Source: Mucilaginibacter sp. (GTDB lineage Bacteria > Bacteroidota > Bacteroidia > Sphingobacteriales > Sphingobacteriaceae). Taken from it: a stretch of DNA of 64,000 nucleotides. The translations under genes were made by a program, and so were the position numbers. Positions 8,680 to 18,774 of the stretch are shown here, one piece after another; the stretch's first letter is position 1, and each line of letters opens with the position of its first letter. The notes under the pieces were generated by a model that did not search any database, was not told the origin of the DNA, and saw nothing but the letters and a program-made list of their open reading frames with translations. The stretch is from assembly GCF_965201005.1 (NCBI RefSeq), contig NZ_OZ241747.1, positions 572,000 through 635,999 of the forward strand. The letters are read 5' to 3'.

Positions 8680-10398
8680 ATGAACACTGAATTACTTGGA
8701 ATCATTGCATCCTTTCTCATCACACTGATTATTGCCGTTCCGTTGGGCAAATACCTGGCAAAAATGTTTGCCGGTGAAAAGGTTTGGACTGATTTTATGA
8801 AACCACTCGAAAATGGTTTGTTCAAAATTTCCGGCATCAACCCGGGCGAGCCAATGAACTGGAAACAGTTTCTGAAAGCCATGATGACCATCAATATTTT
8901 ATGGCTGGTTTACGGCTTTTTTGTGTTGATGAACCAGGATAAACTACCGCTAAACCCGGACGGCAATCCCGGCATGTCGGCAGATTTGGCTTTTAACACC
9001 ATTATCAGCTTCGTGGTAAACTGCAACCTGCAGCATTACTCCGGCGAAAGCGGCGCAACTTATCTCACACAGCATTTCATTTTTATGTTCCTGCATTTTA
9101 CCAGTGCAGCTACCGGTATTGCTGCGGCCGTAGCAGTTTTTAAAGCTTTCCGCGATAAAACTACCACGGATTTGGGCAACTTTTGGAGCTATTTTGTAAA
9201 AACCATTACCCGTTTACTATTGCCGCTTTCTATTGTTATTGCGCTGATTTTGACGTTTAACGGAACGCCCTCAAGTTATGCGGGCAAAGACCGGTTTATA
9301 TCGATGCAAGGCGATACCGTAAATGTTTCCCGCGGACCGGCAGCGCAAATGATCGCTATAAAACATCTTGGCACAAACGGCGGCGGCTGGTTTGGTGCCA
9401 ACTCTGCACATCCGCTCGAAAACCCAAATTACCTGACAAATATGGTCGAAATCGTTTCGCAAATGATTATTCCGATGGCAATGGTTCTGGCTTTTGGCTA
9501 TTTTATCCGCAGGAAAAAATTAAGCCGGATCATTTTTGGCGTAATGATGGCCGGTTTGCTGATGCTTCTTTTACCCGCTATTTTTAGTGAATTGGGTGGA
9601 AATCCATCGATTGCGAAAATGGGCATCAGCCAGAACACCGGCGCAATGGAAGGTAAAGAAGTACGTTTCGGGCCAACCGCAACCGCTTATTGGAGCACGT
9701 TAACTACCATCACGTCAACTGGTTCTGTCAACGGAATGCACGACAGCACCATGCCGCTAACCGGTGCCTGGGAATTATTGGCGATGATGATTAACGCTTT
9801 TTTTGGCGGCTGCGGCGTAGGTATTTTAAATTACCTGATCTACCTGATTATCGCTGTTTTTATTGCCGGATTAATGGTAGGCCGCACACCAGAATTTTTA
9901 GGCCACAAAGTGGAAGCCCGCGAAGTAAAAATTGCCGCTCTGATTACGTTGCTGAGCCCGTTTTTAATTATGGCCGGAACTGCTTTGGCCAGTTATGTTT
10001 TTGTGGCGCACGGCAATGCCAACTGGGCAGTAAAGCCAACGTCCTGGCTCAATAATCCCGGCTTTCATGGCTTTTCGGAAATGCTGTATGAGTTTACTTC
10101 GGCCAATGCCAACAACGGTTCTGGTTTTGAAGGGCTGGGCGATAACAATATCTTCTGGAACGTTTCAACAGGTTTTGTGCTTATCCTCGGCCGCTTCCTG
10201 CCAATCATCGGCCCGGTGGCCATTGCAGGTTTACTGGCACAAAAGAAGTATGTGCCCGAATCTGCCGGAACGCTTAAAATTGATACCGTAACCTTCGGCG
10301 TTATAACGTTTGCCGTTATTATGGTTTTAAATGCCTTGTCGTATTTCCCTGCACTGGCTTTAGGCCCGCTGGCAGAGTATTTCTCTATGCCTAAATAA
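8680..10398 (+). CDS. kdpA: potassium-transporting ATPase subunit A
   Basis: 572-aa polytopic protein with KdpA signatures (NLQHYSGES, LGTNGGG, selectivity-filter-like repeats) in the operon position. Confidence 0.95.
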   Translation: MNTELLGIIASFLITLIIAVPLGKYLAKMFAGEKVWTDFMKPLENGLFKISGINPGEPMNWKQFLKAMMTINILWLVYGFFVLMNQDKLPLNPDGNPGMSADLAFNTIISFVVNCNLQHYSGESGATYLTQHFIFMFLHFTSAATGIAAAVAVFKAFRDKTTTDLGNFWSYFVKTITRLLLPLSIVIALILTFNGTPSSYAGKDRFISMQGDTVNVSRGPAAQMIAIKHLGTNGGGWFGANSAHPLENPNYLTNMVEIVSQMIIPMAMVLAFGYFIRRKKLSRIIFGVMMAGLLMLLLPAIFSELGGNPSIAKMGISQNTGAMEGKEVRFGPTATAYWSTLTTITSTGSVNGMHDSTMPLTGAWELLAMMINAFFGGCGVGILNYLIYLIIAVFIAGLMVGRTPEFLGHKVEAREVKIAALITLLSPFLIMAGTALASYVFVAHGNANWAVKPTSWLNNPGFHGFSEMLYEFTSANANNGSGFEGLGDNNIFWNVSTGFVLILGRFLPIIGPVAIAGLLAQKKYVPESAGTLKIDTVTFGVITFAVIMVLNALSYFPALALGPLAEYFSMPK

Positions 10399-10428
10399 GC
10401 AGCCTTATCCGGCTTTATAAAAATCAAA

Positions 10429-12462
10429 ATGACAACAAAATCCAATAAATTATTTGAACCGGCTTTGGTACAAACTGCCTTAAAAGAGTCGTTTATTAAA
10501 CTAAACCCGCAGGTAATGCTGCGTAATCCGGTGATGTTTACGGTAGAGATCGGAACCGCGGTAATGCTGTTCGTAAGTATTTATAGCTTCGGCCACCGCG
10601 ATCAGGGTACTTTCGGTTACAACTTTGCTATTTTTATCATCCTTTTTTTGACTGTGTTATTTGCCAATTTTGCCGAAGCCATTGCCGAAGCACGCGGTAA
10701 AGCTCAGGCAGATAGTTTGCGTAAAACACGTGAAGAAACACCTGCAAATTTGGTTTCTGCGGATGGTGGCATCACTTCCATTTCATCAAACCAGCTAAAA
10801 AAAGGCGATGTTTTTGTATGTGAAAGTGGCGACACGATACCAACCGACGGCGAAATTATCGAAGGTTTGGCAACGATTGACGAATCGGCCATTACAGGCG
10901 AATCTGCGCCCGTGATCCGAGAATCCGGTGGCGATAAATCTTCCGTGACCGGCGGCACAAAAGTACTTTCAGACAAAATCAAAGTAATCGTGACCACCGA
11001 ACCAGGCGAAAGCTTTTTGGACAAAATGATTGCTTTGGTAGAAGGCGCGTCCAGGCAAAAAACGCCAAACGAAATTGCGCTGACCATTTTGCTGGCCAGT
11101 TTTACGCTGATTTTTATCATCGTTTGTGTAACCTTAAAACCCTTTGCAGATTATGCGCATACGCCAATAACTATCGCCGCTTTGATTTCGCTTTTTGTTT
11201 GTTTGATCCCAACCACAATTGGCGGTTTGTTATCTGCAATTGGTATCGCCGGGATGGACCGCGCATTGCGTGCCAACGTGATCACCAAATCGGGCAAAGC
11301 TGTGGAAACTGCTGGCGATATTGATGTTTTATTGTTGGACAAAACAGGCACTATCACCATCGGTAACCGCAAGGCCACCAACTTTTGGCCGGTAAAAACA
11401 GTATCGCCTGACGAGCTGATCCAGGCTGCCGTGCTTTCTTCGCTGGCAGATGAAACGCCTGAAGGGAAATCTATTATCGAGCTGGCGCAGCAAAGCGGTG
11501 TCCGTTTTTTGCAAACTGCGCCTCAAGGTGCCAATTTTATAAAATTTACTGCCGAAACCCGTTCGAGCGGTATTGATTTGTTAGACGGTTTGCGCATCCG
11601 TAAGGGGGCTTTTGATTCGATCCGAAACCTTTCTGTAAACGCCGGGAACGCTTTTCCGGCGGATGTTGCAGAACGTGTAAAAACGATTTCTTCCAACGGT
11701 GGCACGCCGCTCGTAGTGTCGCAAAACGAAGTGGTTTTAGGTACGATAGAATTGCAGGACATTATCAAAACCGGTATTTCAGAACGTTTTGAACGCCTGC
11801 GGAAAATGGGCATAAAAACAGTAATGGTTACGGGCGATAATCCGCTGACGGCCAAATTTATTGCCGAAAAAGCTGGCGTTGACGATTTTATCGCGGAAGC
11901 AAAACCCGAGGATAAAATGAATTACATCAAACACGAACAGCAAAACGGAAGATTGGTTGCGATGATGGGCGACGGCACTAACGATGCGCCCGCTTTGGCG
12001 CAGGCCGATGTTGGTGTGGCCATGAACAGCGGTACGCAGGCCGCAAAAGAAGCCGGAAATATGGTGGATTTGGACAACGACCCGACCAAACTGATCGAGA
12101 TTGTGGAAATTGGCAAGCAGCTGCTCATCACGCGCGGTACGCTCACTACTTTTTCCATCGCCAACGATGTGGCCAAATACTTTGCCATCGTTCCTGCTTT
12201 GTTTATTGCCTCAATCCCTGCCTTGCAAAGTATTAATATCATGCATTTGCACAGTCCGGAATCAGCCATTTTATCGGCTGTAATTTTCAACGCGATCATT
12301 ATCCCACTTTTGATCCCGCTGGCCTTAAAAGGTGTGGAGTACAAACCGATTGGTGCCAGTGCCCTGCTTCGCCGTAACTTGTTGATTTATGGTTTTGGCG
12401 GAGTGGTTGCCCCTTTTATCGGCATAAAATTAATAGACCTTTTGATTGGTACAATGGTGTAA
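10429..12462 (+). CDS. kdpB: potassium-transporting ATPase subunit B (P-type ATPase)
   Basis: Contains [19 protein letters not shown] and [16 protein letters not shown]. Confidence 0.95.
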   Translation: MTTKSNKLFEPALVQTALKESFIKLNPQVMLRNPVMFTVEIGTAVMLFVSIYSFGHRDQGTFGYNFAIFIILFLTVLFANFAEAIAEARGKAQADSLRKTREETPANLVSADGGITSISSNQLKKGDVFVCESGDTIPTDGEIIEGLATIDESAITGESAPVIRESGGDKSSVTGGTKVLSDKIKVIVTTEPGESFLDKMIALVEGASRQKTPNEIALTILLASFTLIFIIVCVTLKPFADYAHTPITIAALISLFVCLIPTTIGGLLSAIGIAGMDRALRANVITKSGKAVETAGDIDVLLLDKTGTITIGNRKATNFWPVKTVSPDELIQAAVLSSLADETPEGKSIIELAQQSGVRFLQTAPQGANFIKFTAETRSSGIDLLDGLRIRKGAFDSIRNLSVNAGNAFPADVAERVKTISSNGGTPLVVSQNEVVLGTIELQDIIKTGISERFERLRKMGIKTVMVTGDNPLTAKFIAEKAGVDDFIAEAKPEDKMNYIKHEQQNGRLVAMMGDGTNDAPALAQADVGVAMNSGTQAAKEAGNMVDLDNDPTKLIEIVEIGKQLLITRGTLTTFSIANDVAKYFAIVPALFIASIPALQSINIMHLHSPESAILSAVIFNAIIIPLLIPLALKGVEYKPIGASALLRRNLLIYGFGGVVAPFIGIKLIDLLIGTMV

Positions 12463-12468
12463 AGCGCA

Positions 12469-12496
12469 ATGCTTCTTTTATCCCTATAAAATTATT
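12469..12496. repeat. solo ATGCTTCTTTTA-family arm between kdpB and kdpC
   Basis: ATGCTTCTTTTATCCCTATAAAATTATT starts 7 nt after the kdpB stop and ends 4 nt before the kdpC ATG. Confidence 0.8.
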
Positions 12497-12499
12497 ATA

Positions 12500-13066
12500 A
12501 TGAAAAAATATATTCTTCAATCCATCCGGTTAACCTTGGTGCTTACCGTTTTGCTTTGTGTGATCTATCCCGTGTTTATTGCTTACGTTGGCAAACTATC
12601 AAAAGGCCAGGGCAACGGCGAAACCATTACCGTAAACGGAAAAGTGGTTGGCTATGCCAATATCGGCCAAAAGTTTGACAAAGACGGCTATTTCTGGTCG
12701 CGCCCATCGGCTGTTGCTTATAATGCGGCCGGTTCTGGCGGTTCTAACAAAGGCCCTTCCAACCCGGATTATTTGAAAGATGTAGAAGGCCGTATCCAAA
12801 ACTTTTTGAAACACGATCCCGGTGTTAAGCGTGCGCAAATCCCTGCTGATCTGGTTACCGCTTCTGGCAGTGGTTTAGACCCTGATCTTTCTCCGGAAGC
12901 AGTGCAGGTTCAAACGGCACGTATCGCTAAAGCACGAAATTTATCTGTGCAGCAAGTAAGCGAATTGGTCAATCAGCACATCGAAAAACCTTTATTGGGT
13001 TTTTTCGGACCGGCAAAAGTGAATGTTTTAAAGTTAAACGTAGCTTTAGATGCGCTTAAAAAATAA
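12500..13066 (+). CDS. kdpC: potassium-transporting ATPase subunit C
   Basis: MKKYILQSIRLTLVLTVLLCVIYP... plus the VTASGSGLDPDLSPEA motif. The ORF-track start at 12446 would run through the repeat arm, so ATG 12500 is preferred. Confidence 0.9.
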   Translation: MKKYILQSIRLTLVLTVLLCVIYPVFIAYVGKLSKGQGNGETITVNGKVVGYANIGQKFDKDGYFWSRPSAVAYNAAGSGGSNKGPSNPDYLKDVEGRIQNFLKHDPGVKRAQIPADLVTASGSGLDPDLSPEAVQVQTARIAKARNLSVQQVSELVNQHIEKPLLGFFGPAKVNVLKLNVALDALKK

Positions 13067-13121
13067 AAATATAACGGCCACAAATGCTTTATTAAACACA
13101 TGTGGTTTTGATCTGCAAAAA

Positions 13122-14207
13122 ATGAAAAAAATATTGTTAGCTGTTTTTACCGGTCTTTTTTTGTCGGCCGCTGTAAAAGCTCAGGATTCAACACAATCTT
13201 CCGGCAAATTAACCATAAGTGGCTATGCCGAATTGTATTACGGGTACGATTTTAACCGGCCAAAAGATAATAACCGGCCAAATTTTGTTTACTCGCACAA
13301 CCGCCACAATGAAGTAAACCTAAACCTGGGTTTTATCAAAGCAAATTATGATAACGGCACGGTTAGGGCAAACCTGGCATTAATGGCCGGAACGTATGCC
13401 AATGCTAATTTAGCCGCAGAGCCCGGCGTTTTAAAAAATGTTTTTGAAGCAAATGCAGGTTACAAACTTTCTAAAACAAGCAACCTTTGGGTTGATGCCG
13501 GTATTTTTTCTTCGCACATTGGTTTTGAAAGCGCGATCTCTAAAGATTGCTGGGTTTTAACCCGTAACATCTCTTCAGAAAACACACCATATTATGAATC
13601 CGGAGCTAAATTAAGCTATACCACGGCCAATAATAAACTTACTTTAGTGGGTTTGTATTTGAATGGCTGGCAACGCATTTACCGTCAGGCTGGCAACAGT
13701 CAGCCTGCCGGTGGCTTGCAGGTTTTTTATAAACCAGATGATAAAATAACGCTGAATTATAGTAACTATTTAGGAACAGAAGGTGCCGATTCTATCCGCG
13801 TACGTCGTTTTTATAATAATTTTTATGCTATATTTCAGGTAAACAAAGCTTTTGGCTTAACTGCTGGTTTTGATTACGGCATCCAGCAGCAGGCTAAAGG
13901 CAGCAGCAGTTATAACCATGTAATTTCGCCGGTGGCCATTGCTCGTTATCAGTTTACCGATAAATGGGCAATGGCCGGGCGGGTAGAATATTATGAAGAC
14001 AAAACGGGTATTTTTATTGCAACCAATACACCTAACGGTTTTAAAACCACGGGCTATTCTTTAAACCTGGATTATGCACCGGCCACAAATGCCATTATCC
14101 GTTTAGAAGGAAAAGTTTATAACAGTAAAGATGCCATTTTTACAACGCCTGCCGGAACAGCAAACACAAGCCCTTTGCTTACCGCAAGTTTCGCGGTTTC
14201 ATTTTAA
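13122..14207 (+). CDS. kdp-locus outer-membrane porin (beta-barrel)
   Basis: Signal peptide MKKILLAVFTGLFLSAAVKA, an alternating beta-strand pattern and a C-terminal aromatic residue (..SFAVSF). It sits between kdpC and kdpD, as in other Bacteroidota kdp loci. Confidence 0.7.
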   Translation: MKKILLAVFTGLFLSAAVKAQDSTQSSGKLTISGYAELYYGYDFNRPKDNNRPNFVYSHNRHNEVNLNLGFIKANYDNGTVRANLALMAGTYANANLAAEPGVLKNVFEANAGYKLSKTSNLWVDAGIFSSHIGFESAISKDCWVLTRNISSENTPYYESGAKLSYTTANNKLTLVGLYLNGWQRIYRQAGNSQPAGGLQVFYKPDDKITLNYSNYLGTEGADSIRVRRFYNNFYAIFQVNKAFGLTAGFDYGIQQQAKGSSSYNHVISPVAIARYQFTDKWAMAGRVEYYEDKTGIFIATNTPNGFKTTGYSLNLDYAPATNAIIRLEGKVYNSKDAIFTTPAGTANTSPLLTASFAVSF

Positions 14208-14220
14208 GATAAATGTTATG

Positions 14221-14377
14221 GCCTGTTTAAATGTCGTCTGGTTTTTTGCAAATGCTTCTTTTATCGCCTAAAATTTGGTGTTTTTGTGTGAATTTTCAAT
14301 CAGCAACAAATATAAAAAACCAAATTTACAGGCATAAAAGAAGCATTGCAGTTTCTTCAACAGCAGTTTAAACAGGC
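14221..14377. repeat. full nested palindromic element of the ATGCTTCTTTTA family (157 bp)
   Basis: The outer arms are GCCTGTTTAAA (14221-14231) and TTTAAACAGGC (14367-14377), each 20 nt from the core. The core arms are ATGCTTCTTTTATCGCCTAAAATTTGGTG (from 14252) and CCAAATTTACAGGCATAAAAGAAGCAT (to 14346). The centre is variable. Confidence 0.85.
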
Positions 14378-14390
14378 TTTAAATATACCA

Positions 14391-14419
14391 ATGCTTCTTT
14401 TAGCACCTAAAAACAGTAT
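14391..14419. repeat. compact palindrome (A-type arm + B-type arm) abutting the kdpD-N start codon
   Basis: In ATGCTTCTTTTA-GCACC-TAAAAACAGTAT, the final AT of the element plus G14420 form the ATG start at 14418. Confidence 0.8.
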
Positions 14420-15533
14420 GGATACTTCGGTTAGGGATTTTATTGAACTGGTAAAAAAATCAAGGCGCGGCAAATTTAAAATTTACATCGGCATGAGTGC
14501 CGGTGTGGGCAAAACTTACCGTATGCTGCAGGAGGCGCACACGCTTTTGCGCAACGGCATTGATATCCAGATCGGTTATATCGAAACCCACAACCGCGCC
14601 GAAACACATGCCCTGCTGGCCGGTTTGCCCATGATTGTGAAACGCAAGGTTTTTTACAAAGGCAAAGAACTGGAGGAAATGGATTTGCAGGCCATCCTGA
14701 ACCGGCACCCGGAAGTGGTGATTGTGGACGAGCTGGCGCATACCAACATTGAAGGCAGCAAAAACAGCAAGCGCTGGCAGGATGTACTGGACATTTTGGA
14801 AGCAGGCATCAGTGTGATTTCCGCAGTGAACATTCAGCATCTGGAAAGCATCAACGAAGAAGTGGAAACCATTACCGGGATTGCCATTACCGAACGGATC
14901 CCGGACAAAGTGCTGGAACTGACAGACGAAATTGTTAACATTGACTTAACGGCCGATGAACTGATTGACCGGCTGAAAGAAGGCAAAATTTATGACAAAA
15001 GTAAAGTAAACCTGGCACTGCAAAATTTTTTTCAGGCTGATAAGATTTTGCAATTGCGGGAAATGGCTTTAAAAGAAGTGGCGCACCATTTAGAGCGGAA
15101 AATTTCGATCGAAGTCCCGAAACAAATCAAGCTGCGTTCTGAGAAATTTCTGGCCTGCATTTCTTCCAACTCAGAAACGGCAAAAATCGTGATCCGGAAA
15201 ACCGCGCGGCTGGCCTCATATTATCGCTCGCAGTGGATTGTGCTGTACGTGCAAAGCAGTAACGAAAGTTTAGACAAGATCAAACTTGATAAGCAAAGAT
15301 ATCTCATCAACAACTTAAAATTGGCCACAGAACTGGGCGCAGAACTGCTGAAAATCAAAAGCGATGAAATTATGCAAACCATTATGCAGGTGGCCGAAGA
15401 ACGGGAAATTACAACCATTTGCATTGGCAAACCACATTTAAAATTGTTTCAGGTAATATTAAGGACGGGCGCATTTAACGTGCTGCTTAATAAGCTGGCA
15501 GCTACAGAAACTGATTTAGTTATACTATCATGA
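14418..15533 (+). CDS. kdpD: KdpD N-terminal sensor domain + Usp-like domain protein (split KdpD, no kinase core)
   Basis: Contains GKFKIYIGMSAGVGKTYRML (the KdpD P-loop), VIVDELAHTN and AVNIQHLES, followed by a Usp-like C-terminal half. The start is taken at ATG 14418 rather than the track start at 14346. Confidence 0.85.
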   Translation: MDTSVRDFIELVKKSRRGKFKIYIGMSAGVGKTYRMLQEAHTLLRNGIDIQIGYIETHNRAETHALLAGLPMIVKRKVFYKGKELEEMDLQAILNRHPEVVIVDELAHTNIEGSKNSKRWQDVLDILEAGISVISAVNIQHLESINEEVETITGIAITERIPDKVLELTDEIVNIDLTADELIDRLKEGKIYDKSKVNLALQNFFQADKILQLREMALKEVAHHLERKISIEVPKQIKLRSEKFLACISSNSETAKIVIRKTARLASYYRSQWIVLYVQSSNESLDKIKLDKQRYLINNLKLATELGAELLKIKSDEIMQTIMQVAEEREITTICIGKPHLKLFQVILRTGAFNVLLNKLAATETDLVILS

Positions 15534-17287
15534 AAGTAAAAAATAAACTCCGCTTAGGGTTCGGCTTTTTGTTTATCGTTGTGCTCTTTTTTGGCACCGT
15601 TTCCATCTTCTACATCAACGAAATCTCAAACAGTGCAAAAGTTATTTTAAAAGACAACTACGAAACTTTAAACTTTGCACGGGAAATGCGTATGGTTTTA
15701 GATGAAAATACTTTGCCGCTCAATACCGCTTCGCAGGCATCTTTTGACCGGCAGCTGGCAAAGGAGGAAAATAACATTACCGAAACCGGCGAGCAGGCCG
15801 CAGTAAAAAGTTTGCGTACTGCTTTTACCGTTTTACAAAATACGGCTTTGCCCATGGAACAGCAGCTGCAGGCCGAAAAAAATGCCCGAAGGAATTTGCG
15901 CAAAATTGAAATCCTGAACATGCAGGCAATTGTCCGCAAAAACGATCAGGCACAGGCTTCTGTTAAAAAAGCCACGTTGTTTTTAGGTTTGGCCGGCACC
16001 TTTACGTTTTTGGTGCTGTTCAGTTTCAGCGTTAACTTTCCCGGATTTATCTCCAACCCTTTAAATACTTTGCTGGAAGGCATCAGGGAAATTGGCCGGA
16101 AAAACTACAGCCAGCGTGTTCATTTTGAAAAGCAGGACGAGTTTGCGGAAGTAGGCCGTGCTTTTAATGATATGGCAGCCCGGCTGAACGAATGGGAAAA
16201 CAGCAATTTGTCCAAAATTATGTCGGAAAAGCTGCGGATAGAAACCATTATAGAGCAAATGCACGATGCAATTATCGGGATTAACGAAAAACAGGAAGTG
16301 CTGTTTATTAACTCCGCAGCAAAAATTTTATTAAACCTGAATGAGCAAAGTTTGGCAGGAAAATCTGTTGATGCCATTACAAAAAGTAACGATCTGTTCA
16401 GTTCGATCATCAAAGAGACTAAAGCAGGAAAGCCGTTTAAAATTGTGGAGAATGGGAAAGATGCTTATTTTCAGCTGGAAGTGAGGGAGATTTCGGTCCC
16501 GAATATCGAACCTAACAGGAGTGAAACGATATCTATCTCACATCATTCGGCCGGAAAAGTATATGTTTTGCGCAACATCACAGAGTTTAAAGAAAGGGAC
16601 GAGGCAAAAACCAATTTTATCGCCACTATTTCGCACGAACTGAAAACGCCTATCTCTTCCATGAAATTAAGCCTGAAGCTTTTGGCAGACAGCAGGATTG
16701 GCGGATTGAACCCGGAGCAGGAACAATTGGTGCTTCACCTTAACGAAGATGCAGAACGCCTGCTCAAAATCACGTACGAACTTTTAGACCTTTCGCAGGT
16801 GGAAACTGGTAATATCCAATTAAATTTTGTACCAACGCGGCCAGAACAGATCATAGAATATGCAGTCAAAGCGATCAGTTTTGAAGCTGAACAAAAAAAG
16901 GTAACGATTGAACAATCTGTTGATTTAAAGCTGCCCAATGTGCAGGTTGATGTTGAAAAAACAGCCTGGGTGATGATCAATTTTCTTTCCAATGCTTTAC
17001 GCTACAGCCCGTCGGGGTCTAAAATCATCGTTCAGGTTTCACAGAAAATGCAAATGGTCGAATTTGCTGTAAAAGACTTTGGAAAAGGGATTGACACGCA
17101 GTATTTAGAACGTTTGTTTGACCGCTATTTCCAGGTGCCAACGGACGGGCAAAATAAATCTGGCTCGGGGCTGGGGCTGGCAATTTCTAAAGAGTTTATT
17201 GCCGCACAGGATGGCCGGATTGGTGTAGAAAGTGAAATTGGCGCAGGCAGCCGGTTTTATTTTCAGCTGCCGGTAATGGTTGCTTAA
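15530..17287 (+). CDS. HAMP/PAS sensor histidine kinase (kinase half of the kdp two-component sensor)
   Basis: Has two TM segments, a HAMP region, a PAS-like region, the H-box FIATISHELKTP and the G-box GSGLGLAISKEF. It overlaps the preceding gene by 4 nt. Confidence 0.85.
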   Translation: MKVKNKLRLGFGFLFIVVLFFGTVSIFYINEISNSAKVILKDNYETLNFAREMRMVLDENTLPLNTASQASFDRQLAKEENNITETGEQAAVKSLRTAFTVLQNTALPMEQQLQAEKNARRNLRKIEILNMQAIVRKNDQAQASVKKATLFLGLAGTFTFLVLFSFSVNFPGFISNPLNTLLEGIREIGRKNYSQRVHFEKQDEFAEVGRAFNDMAARLNEWENSNLSKIMSEKLRIETIIEQMHDAIIGINEKQEVLFINSAAKILLNLNEQSLAGKSVDAITKSNDLFSSIIKETKAGKPFKIVENGKDAYFQLEVREISVPNIEPNRSETISISHHSAGKVYVLRNITEFKERDEAKTNFIATISHELKTPISSMKLSLKLLADSRIGGLNPEQEQLVLHLNEDAERLLKITYELLDLSQVETGNIQLNFVPTRPEQIIEYAVKAISFEAEQKKVTIEQSVDLKLPNVQVDVEKTAWVMINFLSNALRYSPSGSKIIVQVSQKMQMVEFAVKDFGKGIDTQYLERLFDRYFQVPTDGQNKSGSGLGLAISKEFIAAQDGRIGVESEIGAGSRFYFQLPVMVA

Positions 17288-17323
17288 ATGGAAAGATTTT
17301 GCGTGTCGGGTTTATATGGTGCG

Positions 17324-17347
17324 ATGCTTCTTTTATCACCTAAAAAT
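17324..17347. repeat. solo ATGCTTCTTTTA-family arm at the 3' end of sdaA
   Basis: ATGCTTCTTTTATCACCTAAAAAT ends at the sdaA stop codon (complement of 17347-17349). Confidence 0.8.
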
Positions 17348-18774
17348 CAGCAATCAGGAATTGAAATCGGGATTTGTATCGCCAGGCCGCCATCCGCAGT
17401 TTCCTTGTATTTCGAGTTCATGTCCTGCGCGGTTTCCCACATCGTTTTTACCACGGCATCCAAGCTCACGCGTGCATTGTCCGGGTTGGATTGCAAGGCT
17501 AATTGCGATGCTGTGATCGCTTTGATCGCGCCCATCGTATTGCGCTCGATACAAGGCACTTGTACCAATCCGCCAATTGGGTCGCAGGTCATGCCCAGAT
17601 GATGTTCCATGGCAATTTCCGCAGCCATTAAAACCTGGCGTTGCGATCCGCCCAAAACTTCGGTTAAACCTGCCGCGGCCATGGCGGAGGAAACACCGAT
17701 TTCTGCCTGGCAGCCGCCCATCGCTGCCGAAATGGTAGAACCTTTTTTAAAAATACTGCCGATCTCCGAAGCCGTCAGCAAAAACCTGATAATCTGATCG
17801 ATACTGTTTTTATCACAGAAAATCAGGGCATAATGCAACACAGCCGGGATTACGCCTGCCGCGCCGTTGGTTGGTGCCGTAACCACCCGGCCAAACGAAG
17901 CGTTCTCTTCATTTACGGCCAAAGCAAAGCAGCTCACCCAATCCAAAATATACTGAAAACTGCTGCTTTTTTGTTTGATGGCCGCAACCCAGCTTTCGTA
18001 ATCCCGGTATTCTGCATCGCCCAAAAGCCTTTTGTTGCTGCGTGCCGCCCGCCGTGCCACGTTCAATCCGCCGGGCAAATAGCCGGAAGTGTGGCAGCCA
18101 CGGTACAAACATGTTTTCATCACTTCAAAAATCTGTAAAATACCGGTTTGGGTGGCTTCTTCGGATCGCCAGGCCAGTTCGTTTTCCATCACCACGTCGG
18201 AAATTTTCAGGCCGGTTTTCAAACACCAGTGCAGCAAATCATTGGCGGTATCAACCGGGAAGGGCAAATCAACTTCTGTTTTTGCTGCGGATTGTCCGTT
18301 TTCTTTCACTACAAAACCACCGCCGATAGAATAATACGTTTCTGAAATTGCTTTTCCATCTGCCAGAAAAGCCTGAAACGTAACCGCATTCGGGTGAAAA
18401 GGCAAACTGTTGTTCATCAAAAAAAGCAAATCATGGCCGATACTGAAACCAATGCTGTTTTTACCACCTAAATTTAGTTGTTGGTTGATGGCAATGCTTT
18501 CGATTTTTGGCTCGATCTGATCCACCGGAAACGTAACGGGATCATCTCCGCTTAAACCTAATAAAACGGCAATGTCCGTTCCGTGGCCTTTCCCGGTTTT
18601 GGCCAGCGAACCATACAGCAGGATTTTGATCTGTATAACTGATTCCATCAAATTGGCATCCTCCAGCAAAACCACAAACTGCTGCGCCGCCCGCCACGGC
18701 CCCAAAGTATGCGAACTGGACGGCCCGATACCGATTTTAAACATATCAAAAACAGAAATCTGCTCTTTTTGCAT
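17347..18774 (-). CDS. sdaA: L-serine ammonia-lyase (single-chain, iron-sulfur dependent)
   Basis: Starts [20 protein letters not shown] and contains [16 protein letters not shown] and C.ERN. It carries two B-type repeat copies (17801 and 18452). Confidence 0.9.
   Translation of the reverse strand: MQKEQISVFDMFKIGIGPSSSHTLGPWRAAQQFVVLLEDANLMESVIQIKILLYGSLAKTGKGHGTDIAVLLGLSGDDPVTFPVDQIEPKIESIAINQQLNLGGKNSIGFSIGHDLLFLMNNSLPFHPNAVTFQAFLADGKAISETYYSIGGGFVVKENGQSAAKTEVDLPFPVDTANDLLHWCLKTGLKISDVVMENELAWRSEEATQTGILQIFEVMKTCLYRGCHTSGYLPGGLNVARRAARSNKRLLGDAEYRDYESWVAAIKQKSSSFQYILDWVSCFALAVNEENASFGRVVTAPTNGAAGVIPAVLHYALIFCDKNSIDQIIRFLLTASEIGSIFKKGSTISAAMGGCQAEIGVSSAMAAAGLTEVLGGSQRQVLMAAEIAMEHHLGMTCDPIGGLVQVPCIERNTMGAIKAITASQLALQSNPDNARVSLDAVVKTMWETAQDMNSKYKETADGGLAIQIPISIPDC

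Noticed and set aside
14245-14277. The idea that the left arm plus flank forms a Bacteroidota sigma-A promoter (TTTG-N20-TAAAATTTG) firing outward from each element.
   Set aside because: The consensus arm reads TAAAATTTG, one base too long for TAnnTTTG. Only some copies (such as 44443 and the complements of 19068 and 14322) give an exact box, and the -33-like TTTG is not conserved among copies. This is not supportable from sequence alone.
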